From positions 1 to 64,000 of IMG/VR virus record IMGVR_UViG_3300025112_006940: a stretch of DNA of 64,000 nucleotides; one strand, given 5' to 3'. The translations under genes were made by a program, and so were the position numbers. The notes under the pieces were generated by a model. That model was not told the DNA's origin. It did no database searches and saw nothing but the letters and a program-made list of their open reading frames with translations. Below, piece after piece: positions 1 through 9,337 of this stretch (positions are counted from its first letter, which is position 1; every line of letters begins with the position of its first letter). The DNA is from a virus.

Positions 1-130
1 AAAACAAAAGAAAAATAATGGTAAGGCTTTGGCAACATTGGAAAGAACATATAAAATAGTTTAATAATATAAGCTTAATTGTTAAGAGATAATAGAAATG
101 TTATCTCTTTTTTTTATATGTGGAGGCTAT

Positions 131-637
131 ATGACTTTTGAAATAGATAAGATAAATAAAAAATTAGCAATGTTTATGTATGATGAAATAATCAATGCAG
201 TTAATAGGCCAAATGATATTGATTTAATAATAGATTCTGGCGGTGGTGCATTAGAGTACGCAGTATTTATTTATGAATTTTTAAGAAACATACAAAATAG
301 AGATATTGGAAGCATCAATGTAAATGCTGTAGTTATTTCAAAATGTTTTTCTGCAGCTATGTTAATTTTTGCAGCTGCAGAAAATAGAGCAACATATCCA
401 AGTTCAACATTTATGACTCATGATGCCTCTATTGGATTTAATGCTAGTAATTTAAAATCAATAGAGACTGCATTAAGATCTAGCGCAAAACATGAAGAAA
501 TTGGATATAAAATATTAGCAGAAAGATCTAATGAAAATAAAACTTTTTGGAAAGAATCTGTAAGCGCATACAGTGAATTTTATTTCGATGGAAGAGATGC
601 GCTAAATTATGGTTTAGCAACTGAAATATTGGAGTGA
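131..637 (+). CDS. clpP: ClpP-family Ser protease
   Basis: IDSGGG, CFSAA (catalytic Ser), FMTH (His), DALNYGL; GGAGG RBS favours ATG at 131 over 98. Confidence 0.85.
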   Translation: MTFEIDKINKKLAMFMYDEIINAVNRPNDIDLIIDSGGGALEYAVFIYEFLRNIQNRDIGSINVNAVVISKCFSAAMLIFAAAENRATYPSSTFMTHDASIGFNASNLKSIETALRSSAKHEEIGYKILAERSNENKTFWKESVSAYSEFYFDGRDALNYGLATEILE

Positions 638-640
638 AAA

Positions 641-1297
641 ATGAACATAAAAAAGGTTTTGCTACATAACGTTCTTGTTCTTAATAGGTCTTGGGTTCCA
701 ATTCACATAACAACTGTAAGAGCTGCAATAGGTTTAGTTTTTGTAGATGCTGCAAATGTTATAGCAACAAATGATATGCTCAATATTTATAATGAAAGAG
801 TATGCTCTGAGTTTGAAAAATTAAGTTATGTTGATTGGATATCTGCATCTAAATTTCTAGATGATTCTAAATATGAAATGTTGAGATCTTCAAAAAGTAA
901 ACATTTTAAACCATCAGTAATTGTATTAACAAGATACAATGGCGTACCGAAATATGATATTAAATTTTCTAGAGTAACCATATATGATCGTGATAAAGGT
1001 AATTGCCAATATTGCGGAAAACATATTAGGAGAAGTGATTCAACTATAGATCATATTTTGCCAAAATCTAGAGGTGGAAAAAATACCTGGAATAATGTAA
1101 CATTATCTTGTAAAAAATGTAACGAATTTAAATCTGATAGAACTCCTATAGAGGCTGATATGGAATTATTGAACCCCCCTAAAAAACCATCATGGGTATC
1201 TATAAAATTTGGAAAAGTTAGAACTATTCGTGAACGTAATGAATGGATTAAATTTACTGGTTCTGTAGAAAGTGAGGTTGATGAAAATGGACGTTAA
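641..1297 (+). CDS. HNH endonuclease
   Basis: RDKGNCQYCG...TIDHILPKSRGG..TWNNV..SCKKCN. Confidence 0.9.
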   Translation: MNIKKVLLHNVLVLNRSWVPIHITTVRAAIGLVFVDAANVIATNDMLNIYNERVCSEFEKLSYVDWISASKFLDDSKYEMLRSSKSKHFKPSVIVLTRYNGVPKYDIKFSRVTIYDRDKGNCQYCGKHIRRSDSTIDHILPKSRGGKNTWNNVTLSCKKCNEFKSDRTPIEADMELLNPPKKPSWVSIKFGKVRTIRERNEWIKFTGSVESEVDENGR

Positions 1298-2510
1298 AAA
1301 ATGGGTTAAACATAGGACTATATTTTTAATGTTAGATGCAAATAAAGCCTATTATGAATTAAAGCAGGGCATGATAACGCCTCTTATGTGCTTTCCTTTG
1401 AGGCTTTACATGCCTTGGTATAGGTATCATTGGAACCCTATTTGGATTCATAGATTGATAACTGAAGTATGTGTACAAATATTTGACACTGCAGAAATAC
1501 AACTTTTTAGAAAAATGCTTATGGATGATCGTAAGTTTTTTTCTAAGATGTGGGATACGACATTAAATTCAAATAAAAAAATTACTCATTATTGTGCGCT
1601 AGCTGCATTGAGTTGCTTAGTAGATGAAAATGAAGAGAACTGGAGGATATTTTCTAAATTAGAAAAATGTTTTCATGGAATGGTTAATGACGGTGCTTAT
1701 CGTGAAGGTACTCATTATGCGATTTTTGTTGTAGAAGAAGTAAAGAAGATTATCCCAATGCTTTTTAATCGTCATGGCAATAGAATCTATAATACACAAT
1801 TATTTGTTGATATTAAAAATGTAGAACAATGGCTAAATAATGTATCATCTAATAATATTATAACACCAATCGGGGATGGTTGGCCAGAAAAAGTAAACAT
1901 ATTACATAAAAAATATGCAGCAATTCCAGAAAAAATAGAATATCAAGATATGACGATTTATGCAAACAAGGATTGGAAGGTTATAGAACATCATCGTCAA
2001 ACTGGATTTACATTACATGAACATGCAGAATTAAATGGTATTCAAGCAGCTTATAAGGGGAAATGGATTTTACCTGGAGATGGAATGCCTTCGTATTCCC
2101 TGAAATGGAATAAGCCTTTTGATTGGTATCGCCCAAGAAATCATTGGATAACTGAGCATTGGTTAGATTTACCATTTTTATGGAGATTTAGAAAAGATTT
2201 GCCAAGAAGAAAGATACAATTTATAGCAGAAAATTTACATATTTTTGATTCAGGTATAAATACAATAAGATTACCAGCCTCAGAAAATATTGATTATGAT
2301 AGAAGGAAAAATTATGAAAATATAAGTTGGATTAATAAGGATTTTATTGTAGAAGTAAATGGCGCAATTTATGGAATAAAAAAATGTAAATCATATATAA
2401 CAACTGCTTATAAAAAACAAAAACAAGTTTCTGTTGTAATAATAACAGGAAAAAATTTACATACAAAATTTATACCCTTAATAGATTTTAATAAAACAAT
2501 GGAGAAATAA
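1272..2510 (+). CDS. possible heparinase II/III-like polysaccharide lyase
   Basis: DGAYREGTHY, PIGDG, HEHAE..GKWILPGDG motif order. Confidence 0.45.
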   Translation: MRLMKMDVKKWVKHRTIFLMLDANKAYYELKQGMITPLMCFPLRLYMPWYRYHWNPIWIHRLITEVCVQIFDTAEIQLFRKMLMDDRKFFSKMWDTTLNSNKKITHYCALAALSCLVDENEENWRIFSKLEKCFHGMVNDGAYREGTHYAIFVVEEVKKIIPMLFNRHGNRIYNTQLFVDIKNVEQWLNNVSSNNIITPIGDGWPEKVNILHKKYAAIPEKIEYQDMTIYANKDWKVIEHHRQTGFTLHEHAELNGIQAAYKGKWILPGDGMPSYSLKWNKPFDWYRPRNHWITEHWLDLPFLWRFRKDLPRRKIQFIAENLHIFDSGINTIRLPASENIDYDRRKNYENISWINKDFIVEVNGAIYGIKKCKSYITTAYKKQKQVSVVIITGKNLHTKFIPLIDFNKTMEK

Positions 2511-2827
2511 TGAATAAGATAATTGCACTTGATTTTGATGGAACTACTTTCAAAAATAACTTTCCAATGATTGGTGCGCCTATATGGGATGTTATTAATA
2601 AGGCAATTATATGTCAAAAATGTGGTGATAAAGTTGTTTTATGGACTTGTAGGACTGATGAATATTTAGATCAGGCAATTGAAGCAGCTAGAGAACATGG
2701 GTTAAAATATGATTATATCATGGAAGATCCTGAATGGTCTAGTAATACATCTAGAAAAATAAATGCTACAATATTTGTCGATGATAAAGCACCTGGCAGC
2801 ATAGAATATTTTCTGAATGAATTTTAG
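2510..2827 (+). CDS. small HAD-superfamily phosphatase
   Basis: IIALDFDGT, LWTCR, K...FVDDK. Confidence 0.85.
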   Translation: MNKIIALDFDGTTFKNNFPMIGAPIWDVINKAIICQKCGDKVVLWTCRTDEYLDQAIEAAREHGLKYDYIMEDPEWSSNTSRKINATIFVDDKAPGSIEYFLNEF

Positions 2828-2836
2828 GAGATTAAA

Positions 2837-2998
2837 ATGTCAGATTCAGAAAAGCTGGAAATTGCTGCAAAAGCTTTAAAAGATATTGTTAGATATGCAA
2901 CTATTAATAATAAAAATCTAATAAGGCATATGGCGCAAGAAGGATTAAGAAAAATACAAGATCCATCTAATAAAAAGAAAGCCATATACACTTCCTAA
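2837..2998 (+). CDS. hypothetical protein (53 aa)
   Basis: AGGAG RBS, open frame MSDSEKLEIAAKALKDI. Confidence 0.6.
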   Translation: MSDSEKLEIAAKALKDIVRYATINNKNLIRHMAQEGLRKIQDPSNKKKAIYTS

Positions 2999-3070
2999 AA
3001 TGATAATTAATAATAGGGGTCAAAACATAGACGATTTTGTTTATGAAGATTTTGAATTGAGAGATTATCA

Positions 3071-3499
3071 ATGTCACAAAGGATTAAAAATGGATGTATC
3101 GGTTTAATAATAGTATCATTTCTATTATTATCTGTTAGCTGTGATCCAGTGCCAGCAGATTTAAATGGCCCAGATCAAAATACATTGCCAACAGATGGTG
3201 AATTAGTAGGGTTATGGATAGCTGCTGATGGAGATCATGTAAATTTTATAAACAATTTTGATTTTCAGCGATGGGCAGATGATGATTTTGTTCATTGGGG
3301 CAAATATGAAATAGTCAATAACAACATACATTTTGATTTACAAGGTTATTTAACAAATGCTAGGAAATCTAGAATAACATATGGAGATATATGGTTTGAT
3401 GCATGGGTTGTTGAATATGATAAAGTAGATTTAAATTCATTAATCATAGCTGATCATGAATATCAAAAGTCTGTAGAATTTGAAGCCGGCAATTTTTAA
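3071..3499 (+). CDS. putative lipoprotein
   Basis: basic N-terminus, hydrophobic stretch, lipobox-like LSVSC. Confidence 0.6.
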   Translation: MSQRIKNGCIGLIIVSFLLLSVSCDPVPADLNGPDQNTLPTDGELVGLWIAADGDHVNFINNFDFQRWADDDFVHWGKYEIVNNNIHFDLQGYLTNARKSRITYGDIWFDAWVVEYDKVDLNSLIIADHEYQKSVEFEAGNF

Positions 3500-3570
3500 T
3501 TGCATCTAAAGTTTAAATCATCATACTTATGTATTAATAATATATTGTAAGGCACATTAATAAAATATGA

Positions 3571-3637
3571 CTGAAGCGAGGGCCGTGGCTACATCTTATC
3601 TAAAATGACAACGAAAAAGCCACCCTATTTATCTCAA
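3571..3637 (+). ncRNA. Y RNA-like element, copy 1 (short)
   Basis: TGAAGCGA..GTGGCT-ACATCT..AGCCAC..ATTTATCTCA; shares motifs with three other copies around the TROVE gene. Confidence 0.65.
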
Positions 3638-3655
3638 CAAAAATAAAATCAATCA

Positions 3656-3717
3656 CTGAAGCGACTGAATTGGCTACATCTCACTGCAAATGAAACTGCC
3701 ATTCATACATATCTCAG
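3656..3717 (+). ncRNA. Y RNA-like element, copy 2 (short, contains TCA-CTGCAAA-TGA anticodon-like hairpin)
   Basis: CTGA/TCAG and TGAAT-GGC/GCC-ATTCA stems, TACATCT linker. Confidence 0.65.
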
Positions 3718-3728
3718 GAGGATATAAT

Positions 3729-5357
3729 ATGGGTAAATTAAAAGCACATGCACAAAAGCGTGATGCAATAGTTCGTAAATTTAAAGAAGAACAAGTAACT
3801 AACTTTATGGATGGAATTTCTTATAAAGTTAATCCGTTAGATACATTAAAAATTATAGCATCATCTTCAATTTTTGGTGAACCTTCCTATTATCGTAAAT
3901 CAAAAGCAAGCAGAAGTAGATCATATGTTCATATGCAAATAGATAAAGTTCCATTTTTATTTGCTCATTATAAAGATCCAAAAATGTCAACTGAAGATGT
4001 ATTTGAAGATGCAATTGATAATGCATTAGAATTTGATTTTTTTGGAACATTGAAACTTGCTGTAGAGTTACGTTCAGCATATCAAATGAGATTAAACCCA
4101 TCTGTAATTGTAATGAGAGCTGCAGTTCATCCAAAAAGAGTAGAATTTTCAAAAGAAGCTCCTGGGCTTTTGCGTGATACAATTCGCAAAGTTATTCAAA
4201 GACCAGATGATTCATTTAATCAATTTGAATATTATATGTATATGAATGGATCTAAAAAAGGATTGCCATCAGTTGTAAAAAGAGCTTGGGGAGATAAGCT
4301 TACAAATTCTCCAGCATGGGCATTAAAGAAATATATTCAACCAAGATTATTTGATATTGTAAATATTGCCCATCCAAAGAAATCAGAAGCCTTAGCAGAG
4401 CTTATGACTACTGGTGATATTAAAGTTGATGAATCTGATACAAAATGGGAAACTTTAAGGGCTCAAGGAAAGTCATTTAAGGAAATATATGAAGCTGGAA
4501 GATTTAATCATATGGCTTTGCTTAGAAATTTAAGAAATATTTTTACAGAAACTGAAGATCTAAATTTTGCAAAAATAGTTGTTGAAGATCTAAAAAATGG
4601 AGTAGAAAAAGGTAGACAGTTCCCGTTTAGATATTATACAGCTCATAATATTTTGCATGGTAATAGAGATATAAATCATTTACCAATTTTGCTTGATGGT
4701 TTAGAGGATTGTATTGATTTAGCTATGGATAATTTTCCTAAGCTTGATGGCAAAACAATGTGTTTAGCAGATAATTCAGGTTCAGCACATGGTGCATTAC
4801 CAAGTCAATATGGTACTGTAAATGTTGCTCAAATTGCAAATCTTTCAAGTATAATGACTGCTGCAAATTCTGATGAAGGTTATGTTGGAGTTTTTGGTGA
4901 TACATTAAAAATATCTGCAATTAAAAAAAGAGCAGGTATTCTTGAGCAACACAAGAAAATAAATGGGCTTAGAGGTACTATTGGTGGAGGAACAGAGCAT
5001 GGTATTTGGTTATTTTGGGAACAAGCATTAGCTGAAAAACAACATTGGGATAATGTATTTATTTATTCTGATATGCAAGCAGGTCATGGTAATTTGTATG
5101 GTCATGGCAGAATTGCTAATAAGTTTTTAGTTGCTGGCGATAGTAGGCATATCGATGTATTAAAATGTGTTCAAGCTTACCGTGAAGAAGTTAATCCAAA
5201 GGTAAATGTATTTTCAGTACAAGTAGCAGGATATGATAATTCTGTACTTCCAGAAAATTTATACAGAACAGCTTTACTTTCAGGTTGGACTGGAAATGAA
5301 ACAATTTATGCAAATTCATTGAACAATGTTTGGGATCAATTAGAACAAAGGCAATAA
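3729..5357 (+). CDS. rsr: Ro60/Rsr TROVE-domain RNA-binding protein with C-terminal vWA
   Basis: WET, HMALLRNLRNI, QFPFRYYTA, vWA DNSGS and YSDMQ; AGGAGG RBS supports ATG 3729. Confidence 0.92.
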   Translation: MGKLKAHAQKRDAIVRKFKEEQVTNFMDGISYKVNPLDTLKIIASSSIFGEPSYYRKSKASRSRSYVHMQIDKVPFLFAHYKDPKMSTEDVFEDAIDNALEFDFFGTLKLAVELRSAYQMRLNPSVIVMRAAVHPKRVEFSKEAPGLLRDTIRKVIQRPDDSFNQFEYYMYMNGSKKGLPSVVKRAWGDKLTNSPAWALKKYIQPRLFDIVNIAHPKKSEALAELMTTGDIKVDESDTKWETLRAQGKSFKEIYEAGRFNHMALLRNLRNIFTETEDLNFAKIVVEDLKNGVEKGRQFPFRYYTAHNILHGNRDINHLPILLDGLEDCIDLAMDNFPKLDGKTMCLADNSGSAHGALPSQYGTVNVAQIANLSSIMTAANSDEGYVGVFGDTLKISAIKKRAGILEQHKKINGLRGTIGGGTEHGIWLFWEQALAEKQHWDNVFIYSDMQAGHGNLYGHGRIANKFLVAGDSRHIDVLKCVQAYREEVNPKVNVFSVQVAGYDNSVLPENLYRTALLSGWTGNETIYANSLNNVWDQLEQRQ

Positions 5358-5365
5358 ATAAATAA

Positions 5366-5511
5366 TCAGAAGCGAGGAATATAGTTACATCTACTTATAA
5401 GAGAGAGACTCTGGTTCGAGTCCAGATTTATGGAAAATGCCAGCTTGCTGGAAAATGCCGTAAATAGCTTAATAGGAAAAGCGCTATATTTCTATATCCA
5501 TTTATCTCTGA
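5366..5511 (+). ncRNA. YrlA-like Y RNA with permuted tRNA module, copy 3
   Basis: T arm TCTGG-TTCGAGT-CCAGA, acceptor TTTATGG/CCGTAAA, D arm GCTT-AATAGGAA-AAGC, closed by TCAGA/TCTGA stem. Confidence 0.85.
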
Positions 5512-5522
5512 GTATAAAATTA

Positions 5523-5667
5523 GATAGTAAAAAGAAGCAAAATGTTTAGCTACATCTGGTAAAAATTGTCCTCAAAACAATTGATACGGTTCAAACCCGT
5601 TAAGATTGAGTTGATTTCGATCAATTCAAATGCAACACTGCTATTCATACTGATCTCTTTTATTATC
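5523..5667 (+). ncRNA. Y RNA-like element, copy 4
   Basis: GAAGCAA..GCTACATCT, T-arm ACGG-TTCAAAC-CCGT, TTGAGTTGAT-TTCG-ATCAATTCAA hairpin, ..GATCTCTTTT closing stem. Confidence 0.75.
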
Positions 5668-5677
5668 GATAAAAACG

Positions 5678-5709
5678 AATGTCTTGGTATAAAAACCAAG
5701 GCATTTTTT
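5678..5709 (+). terminator. intrinsic terminator after the Ro60/Y RNA unit
   Basis: AATGTCTTGGT/ACCAAGGCATT stem + T run. Confidence 0.7.
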
Positions 5710-5771
5710 GTTATAATATATAGTAAGAAACAATTAGGAAAACAACTTATAACCTTTTTAGGAGGAGCTAC

Positions 5772-6620
5772 ATGGCTTTAGATTTAGAAAAGATTAAAAA
5801 TAGGCTGAATCAATATGAAAACCCAAAAGAAGGAGGCGGAGGAGGAAACGATAAGCTCTGGCGGTTAGATCCAGGTGATGGAGAAGCTTCTGCAATAATT
5901 AAATTAGTACCGTATAAATATGCACCAGAGGATCCATTTTTAGAGATGTGGTTTCATTATGGGCTTGCTGGAAAGAATTTTTTATGCCCTAAAAAAATGG
6001 ATAATGTTGAATGTGATGTTTGTAATTTTGGTTGGAAAACATTAGACAAATATCGTGAAACAAAAAAAGAGGAATATAAGAAACAGCTTGGTATTTTATT
6101 ACCAAAATGTCGTGTTTATGTTCCAATGGTTCAAATGGATGAATTAGATAAGGGCGTAAGATTATGGGGTTTTAGTCCAACAATTCATGAAATTTTGTTA
6201 AAAATGGCATTTGAATTTGGGACAGCGCAAGTAGATATTACTGATCCAAAAAATAGCCCAGAATTTAAAGTAACTGTTCAATCACCTCAAAAGCATGGTG
6301 GTTTATTTAATAAGACTGAAATTGTAAAGGTTGAAGAACAGCTTCAAACTAAACTTTCTAAATTAGCTGGTACGCAAAAAGAAATAAATGCTATTTTGGA
6401 TACATGCCCAGATATTAGCGAAATTTATTCATTGAAATCAATGGATGAATTAACAAAGGCATTGCATGAACATGTAGGTGGTTCAGAAGGTAATGAATCT
6501 AATTCTGATGATTCAAGTCTTGGTACTGCTAAGCTTGATAATAGTAATGAAGAATCTAAAGAAGAATCATTAGAGGATATTGGCAGTAAGTTTGAAAAAA
6601 TGTTAGGTGATGAAGAATAA
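5772..6620 (+). CDS. single-stranded DNA-binding protein (gp32-like)
   Basis: HYG..CPK..CDVC zinc site, GVRLWGF, DITDP, acidic tail; adjacent to recombinase. Confidence 0.8.
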   Translation: MALDLEKIKNRLNQYENPKEGGGGGNDKLWRLDPGDGEASAIIKLVPYKYAPEDPFLEMWFHYGLAGKNFLCPKKMDNVECDVCNFGWKTLDKYRETKKEEYKKQLGILLPKCRVYVPMVQMDELDKGVRLWGFSPTIHEILLKMAFEFGTAQVDITDPKNSPEFKVTVQSPQKHGGLFNKTEIVKVEEQLQTKLSKLAGTQKEINAILDTCPDISEIYSLKSMDELTKALHEHVGGSEGNESNSDDSSLGTAKLDNSNEESKEESLEDIGSKFEKMLGDEE

Positions 6621-6644
6621 TATTAAAGAGGTGATTAAAAATTA

Positions 6645-7820
6645 ATGGCTAAGAGAAAAGTAGTAATCAAAGAAGATTATGAAGAAGACTCTAAGTCAGA
6701 TTCATCGCCTGGAACGTTTAATGATATACTAATAGATACACTGAAAAAGGATCTTGGTGATTCTGGCTCAGTGTATGTATTAGGAAAAGATGAAACGCCA
6801 GCTGATGTAACTGAATGGTTATCAACAGGTTCAACAATATTAGATATGAATATATCTAACAATCCATATATTGATGGTGGAATTCCAGTAGGTAGATTAA
6901 CAGAAGTTCATGGAGATCCAAGCACAGGAAAATCTTTAATGGCATATATGATTCTTGCTGATTGTGCTAGAAAGGGTGGAGTATCAGTTTTAATTGATAC
7001 TGAAAATGCTGCGAATATTAGCTTTCTTAAAATGCTTGGTTTAGAGCCTGATAAAAATTTAGTGTATTCACAAGCAGATACAGTTGAAGATGTTTTCAAT
7101 ATTATTGAAACTATCATAAAAACTGTTAGAAAAAATGATAGAAATAAGCTTATAACAATAGTTTGGGATAGCATTGCTGGAACATCAACAAGGAAAGAAA
7201 TGGAAGAAGATGTTGGTAATGTTCAAGTTGCAATGGTACCAAGATTATTAGGGCAAGGATTAAGAAAAGTAATTAGGCAAATTGGTGATCAAAGAATTGC
7301 ATTAATTTTTCTTAATCAATTAAGATCAAAAATCGGAATGGTTTTTGGTGACCCTATGACCCCTCCAGGTGGTAATGCAGTTCCATTTTTTGCAGATGTA
7401 CGACTTAGATTATTAACTGCTGGTAAAATTAAGGCTGGTAATGATATAATTGGCGTTGGTACAAAAGCAAAAGTTGTAAAAACTAGATTCGGTCCGCCAT
7501 TTAGAGAATGTATTTTCAATATATATTTTGATAAAGGCATTGTAGATGAAGAATCTTGGATAACATATTTGAAGAGTAAAAAGTTAATAAGAAAAGAAAA
7601 AGAAAAATCTCCAATCTCTTTTATAAAGCTTGATGATGATGCTGAAGAGTTTTCATTTAGAGATAAGGAATTTGCTAAATTTATCAAAAAACACCCAGAA
7701 TTAAGTGCTAAAATTAAAAAAATGATCAAATTAGATATGTATATTGATCAAAATCCTGATAATAGGGATGAAGATATAGTGCTAGAGGAAATAAATGAAG
7801 ATGAAATTTCAAGTTTGTAG
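6645..7820 (+). CDS. recA: RecA/UvsX recombinase
   Basis: GDPSTGKS Walker A, IDTENA, VWDSIA, FLNQLR, PGGNAVPF. Confidence 0.93.
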   Translation: MAKRKVVIKEDYEEDSKSDSSPGTFNDILIDTLKKDLGDSGSVYVLGKDETPADVTEWLSTGSTILDMNISNNPYIDGGIPVGRLTEVHGDPSTGKSLMAYMILADCARKGGVSVLIDTENAANISFLKMLGLEPDKNLVYSQADTVEDVFNIIETIIKTVRKNDRNKLITIVWDSIAGTSTRKEMEEDVGNVQVAMVPRLLGQGLRKVIRQIGDQRIALIFLNQLRSKIGMVFGDPMTPPGGNAVPFFADVRLRLLTAGKIKAGNDIIGVGTKAKVVKTRFGPPFRECIFNIYFDKGIVDEESWITYLKSKKLIRKEKEKSPISFIKLDDDAEEFSFRDKEFAKFIKKHPELSAKIKKMIKLDMYIDQNPDNRDEDIVLEEINEDEISSL

Positions 7821-7912
7821 TTTTTTTGTTTAAAATGGAGAAATTCTTTATTATTACTAATTTGTAAAGAGAAATTCTAATTCTAAGTTATATTTATTCA
7901 AAGGAGAAACAC

Positions 7913-8161
7913 ATGTCACAACCGTATTTGCCAAATGAAGTTGTTAACGCAGTAAAGACATTGCAAGGCTTTATTGATTCACAAAAATCAAAAGCTCTTG
8001 GCGCAGCTCAACCAAGATTTGGCGATAATTTTGCTGTGTCTGATAAACCAGCAACTGATCGTGCAAGATATTATAAGACTAATATCAATGCATTGAATGA
8101 AGTTTTAGCAGGGCATGCAGTTGAAACACAAAATACATGGGTAAGTGGCTTAGTTTCCTAA
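7913..8161 (+). CDS. hypothetical protein
   Basis: AAGGAG RBS, own putative promoter and terminator. Confidence 0.7.
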   Translation: MSQPYLPNEVVNAVKTLQGFIDSQKSKALGAAQPRFGDNFAVSDKPATDRARYYKTNINALNEVLAGHAVETQNTWVSGLVS

Positions 8162-8182
8162 ACGTTAGGAACATAGATTTAC

Positions 8183-8227
8183 AAAATAGGCCTCCCAATA
8201 AAAAATTTTGGTAGGCCTATTTTTTTT
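8183..8227 (+). terminator. intrinsic terminator
   Basis: AAAATAGGCCT/AGGCCTATTTT stem + T run. Confidence 0.8.
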
Positions 8228-8237
8228 GTAGTTTTGG

Positions 8238-8266
8238 TTTACTTCTCGATAACTAATGCTTATATT
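8238..8266 (+). promoter_or_regulatory. sigma70-like promoter at the start of the tRNA region
   Basis: TTTACT-N17-TATATT immediately after terminator. Confidence 0.6.
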
Positions 8267-8309
8267 AAAATAAGTGAAGTAAAATGCTCAATCATATCGA
8301 GGAGGCAAC

Positions 8310-8498
8310 ATGATCAATAAGTATTTCAAAAATGAAAATTTAGAATTACTCAAAGAAGAAGTTGCAAAATATTTTAGACAGTATCATCCTCAAGGTTATG
8401 GCACAGCATTTAATTATAATGATAAGGAAGATTATAATTGGGATGATGAAAAAAAGGTTTGGTATTCTCGGGTAACTCGATATTCACATTGTGATTAA
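8310..8498 (+). CDS. hypothetical protein
   Basis: GAGGAGG RBS, ORF track. Confidence 0.7.
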   Translation: MINKYFKNENLELLKEEVAKYFRQYHPQGYGTAFNYNDKEDYNWDDEKKVWYSRVTRYSHCD

Positions 8499-8504
8499 TT
8501 ATAT

Positions 8505-8581
8505 GGGGCGTTGGTGTAAATTGGAGAACACCTACCGCTGAAGACGGTACATTCAAGGTTCGATTCCTTGACGTCCCACCA
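8505..8581 (+). tRNA. tRNA-Phe(GAA)
   Basis: cloverleaf, TACCG-CTGAAGA-CGGTA, CCA end. Confidence 0.92.
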
Positions 8582-8736
8582 TTTACTCACTAAGGATAAT
8601 ATCATGAAAATTTATGTTGAAAAATCAAAAATACGAATTCCATTACCAAAACAGCGAAATGAAATACTTGAACCTAAGAAAGGTCGTGGTGCTCGATACA
8701 AAAGAGCAAAGGAAAAATTAGGATGGAAACAGGAGA

Positions 8737-8922
8737 TTGCTTTTGCATCATAAACGCAAAAGACCTAAGAATCGTAGGGCTGGATGTTTACTTTGTAAAC
8801 CTCATAAAATGAATGGTATAGAAAAATATTCCAGCAAAGGATATGCAAGAAAAATTGATATTCAAGAGAATGATAGAAAAAAAGAACAGCTTAATGAAAT
8901 AAAAAATAATGTGGGGCTATAG
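8737..8922 (+). CDS. hypothetical basic protein (CxxC)
   Basis: AGGAG RBS before TTG; RAGCLLCKPHK. Confidence 0.6.
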   Translation: MLLHHKRKRPKNRRAGCLLCKPHKMNGIEKYSSKGYARKIDIQENDRKKEQLNEIKNNVGL

Positions 8923-8987
8923 CTCAACGGGAGAGCACTTCCCTTGCACGGAATAGGTTGAGAGTTCAAATCTCTCTAGCTCCACCA
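8913..8987 (+). tRNA. tRNA-Ala(TGC)
   Basis: GGGGCTA acceptor with G3:U70, CTTGCAC loop, CCA. Confidence 0.93.
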
Positions 8988-9155
8988 AAAAATGAAAGGT
9001 TATTAAATGTCATTTATTGTTTCTAATACTCCAGGATATAAGTTGCTAGGGAAAGATGATAGAAAGATCTTAAAAGCATACCGTAAAGCTTTTATGAGAA
9101 AAAGAAGTTGGTTCGACTCCAACCTTGCCCAGCAAATTTAAAATTAAAATAATAT

Positions 9156-9232
9156 GGAGGCGTAGCTCGATGGAATGGGCACTTGATTGTCGATCAAGCG
9201 AACTGAGGGTTCGATTCCCTTCGTCTCCGCCA
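9156..9232 (+). tRNA. tRNA-Asp(GTC)
   Basis: CTTGA-TTGTCGA-TCAAG, G73, CCA. Confidence 0.92.
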
Positions 9233-9337
9233 AATCAGGATGAGATATCTATAGTATCGTTAGAGAAAGAGGGGCTAAAAGCTATAGAACTTTTAGGCAG
9301 ACTCGATTGGGTTTAAATCCCAAATCATCCGAAAAAT

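Noticed and set aside
3595-3610. Amber (CTA) anticodon in Y RNA copy 1
   Set aside because: Loop register is ambiguous (ATCTAAA vs TCTAAAA) and there is no tRNA body.
3571-3717. CRISPR mini-array
   Set aside because: Units are self-complementary with co-varying stems rather than identical repeats with spacers; no cas genes.
5566-5781. 71-aa ORF
   Set aside because: Overlaps Y RNA copy 4, a terminator and a promoter; no RBS.
9125-9316. ORFs at 9125-9316 and 11718-11948 and minus-strand ORFs at 12913, 14182, 16458, 17708, 19017
   Set aside because: Translations of tRNA genes or their antisense.
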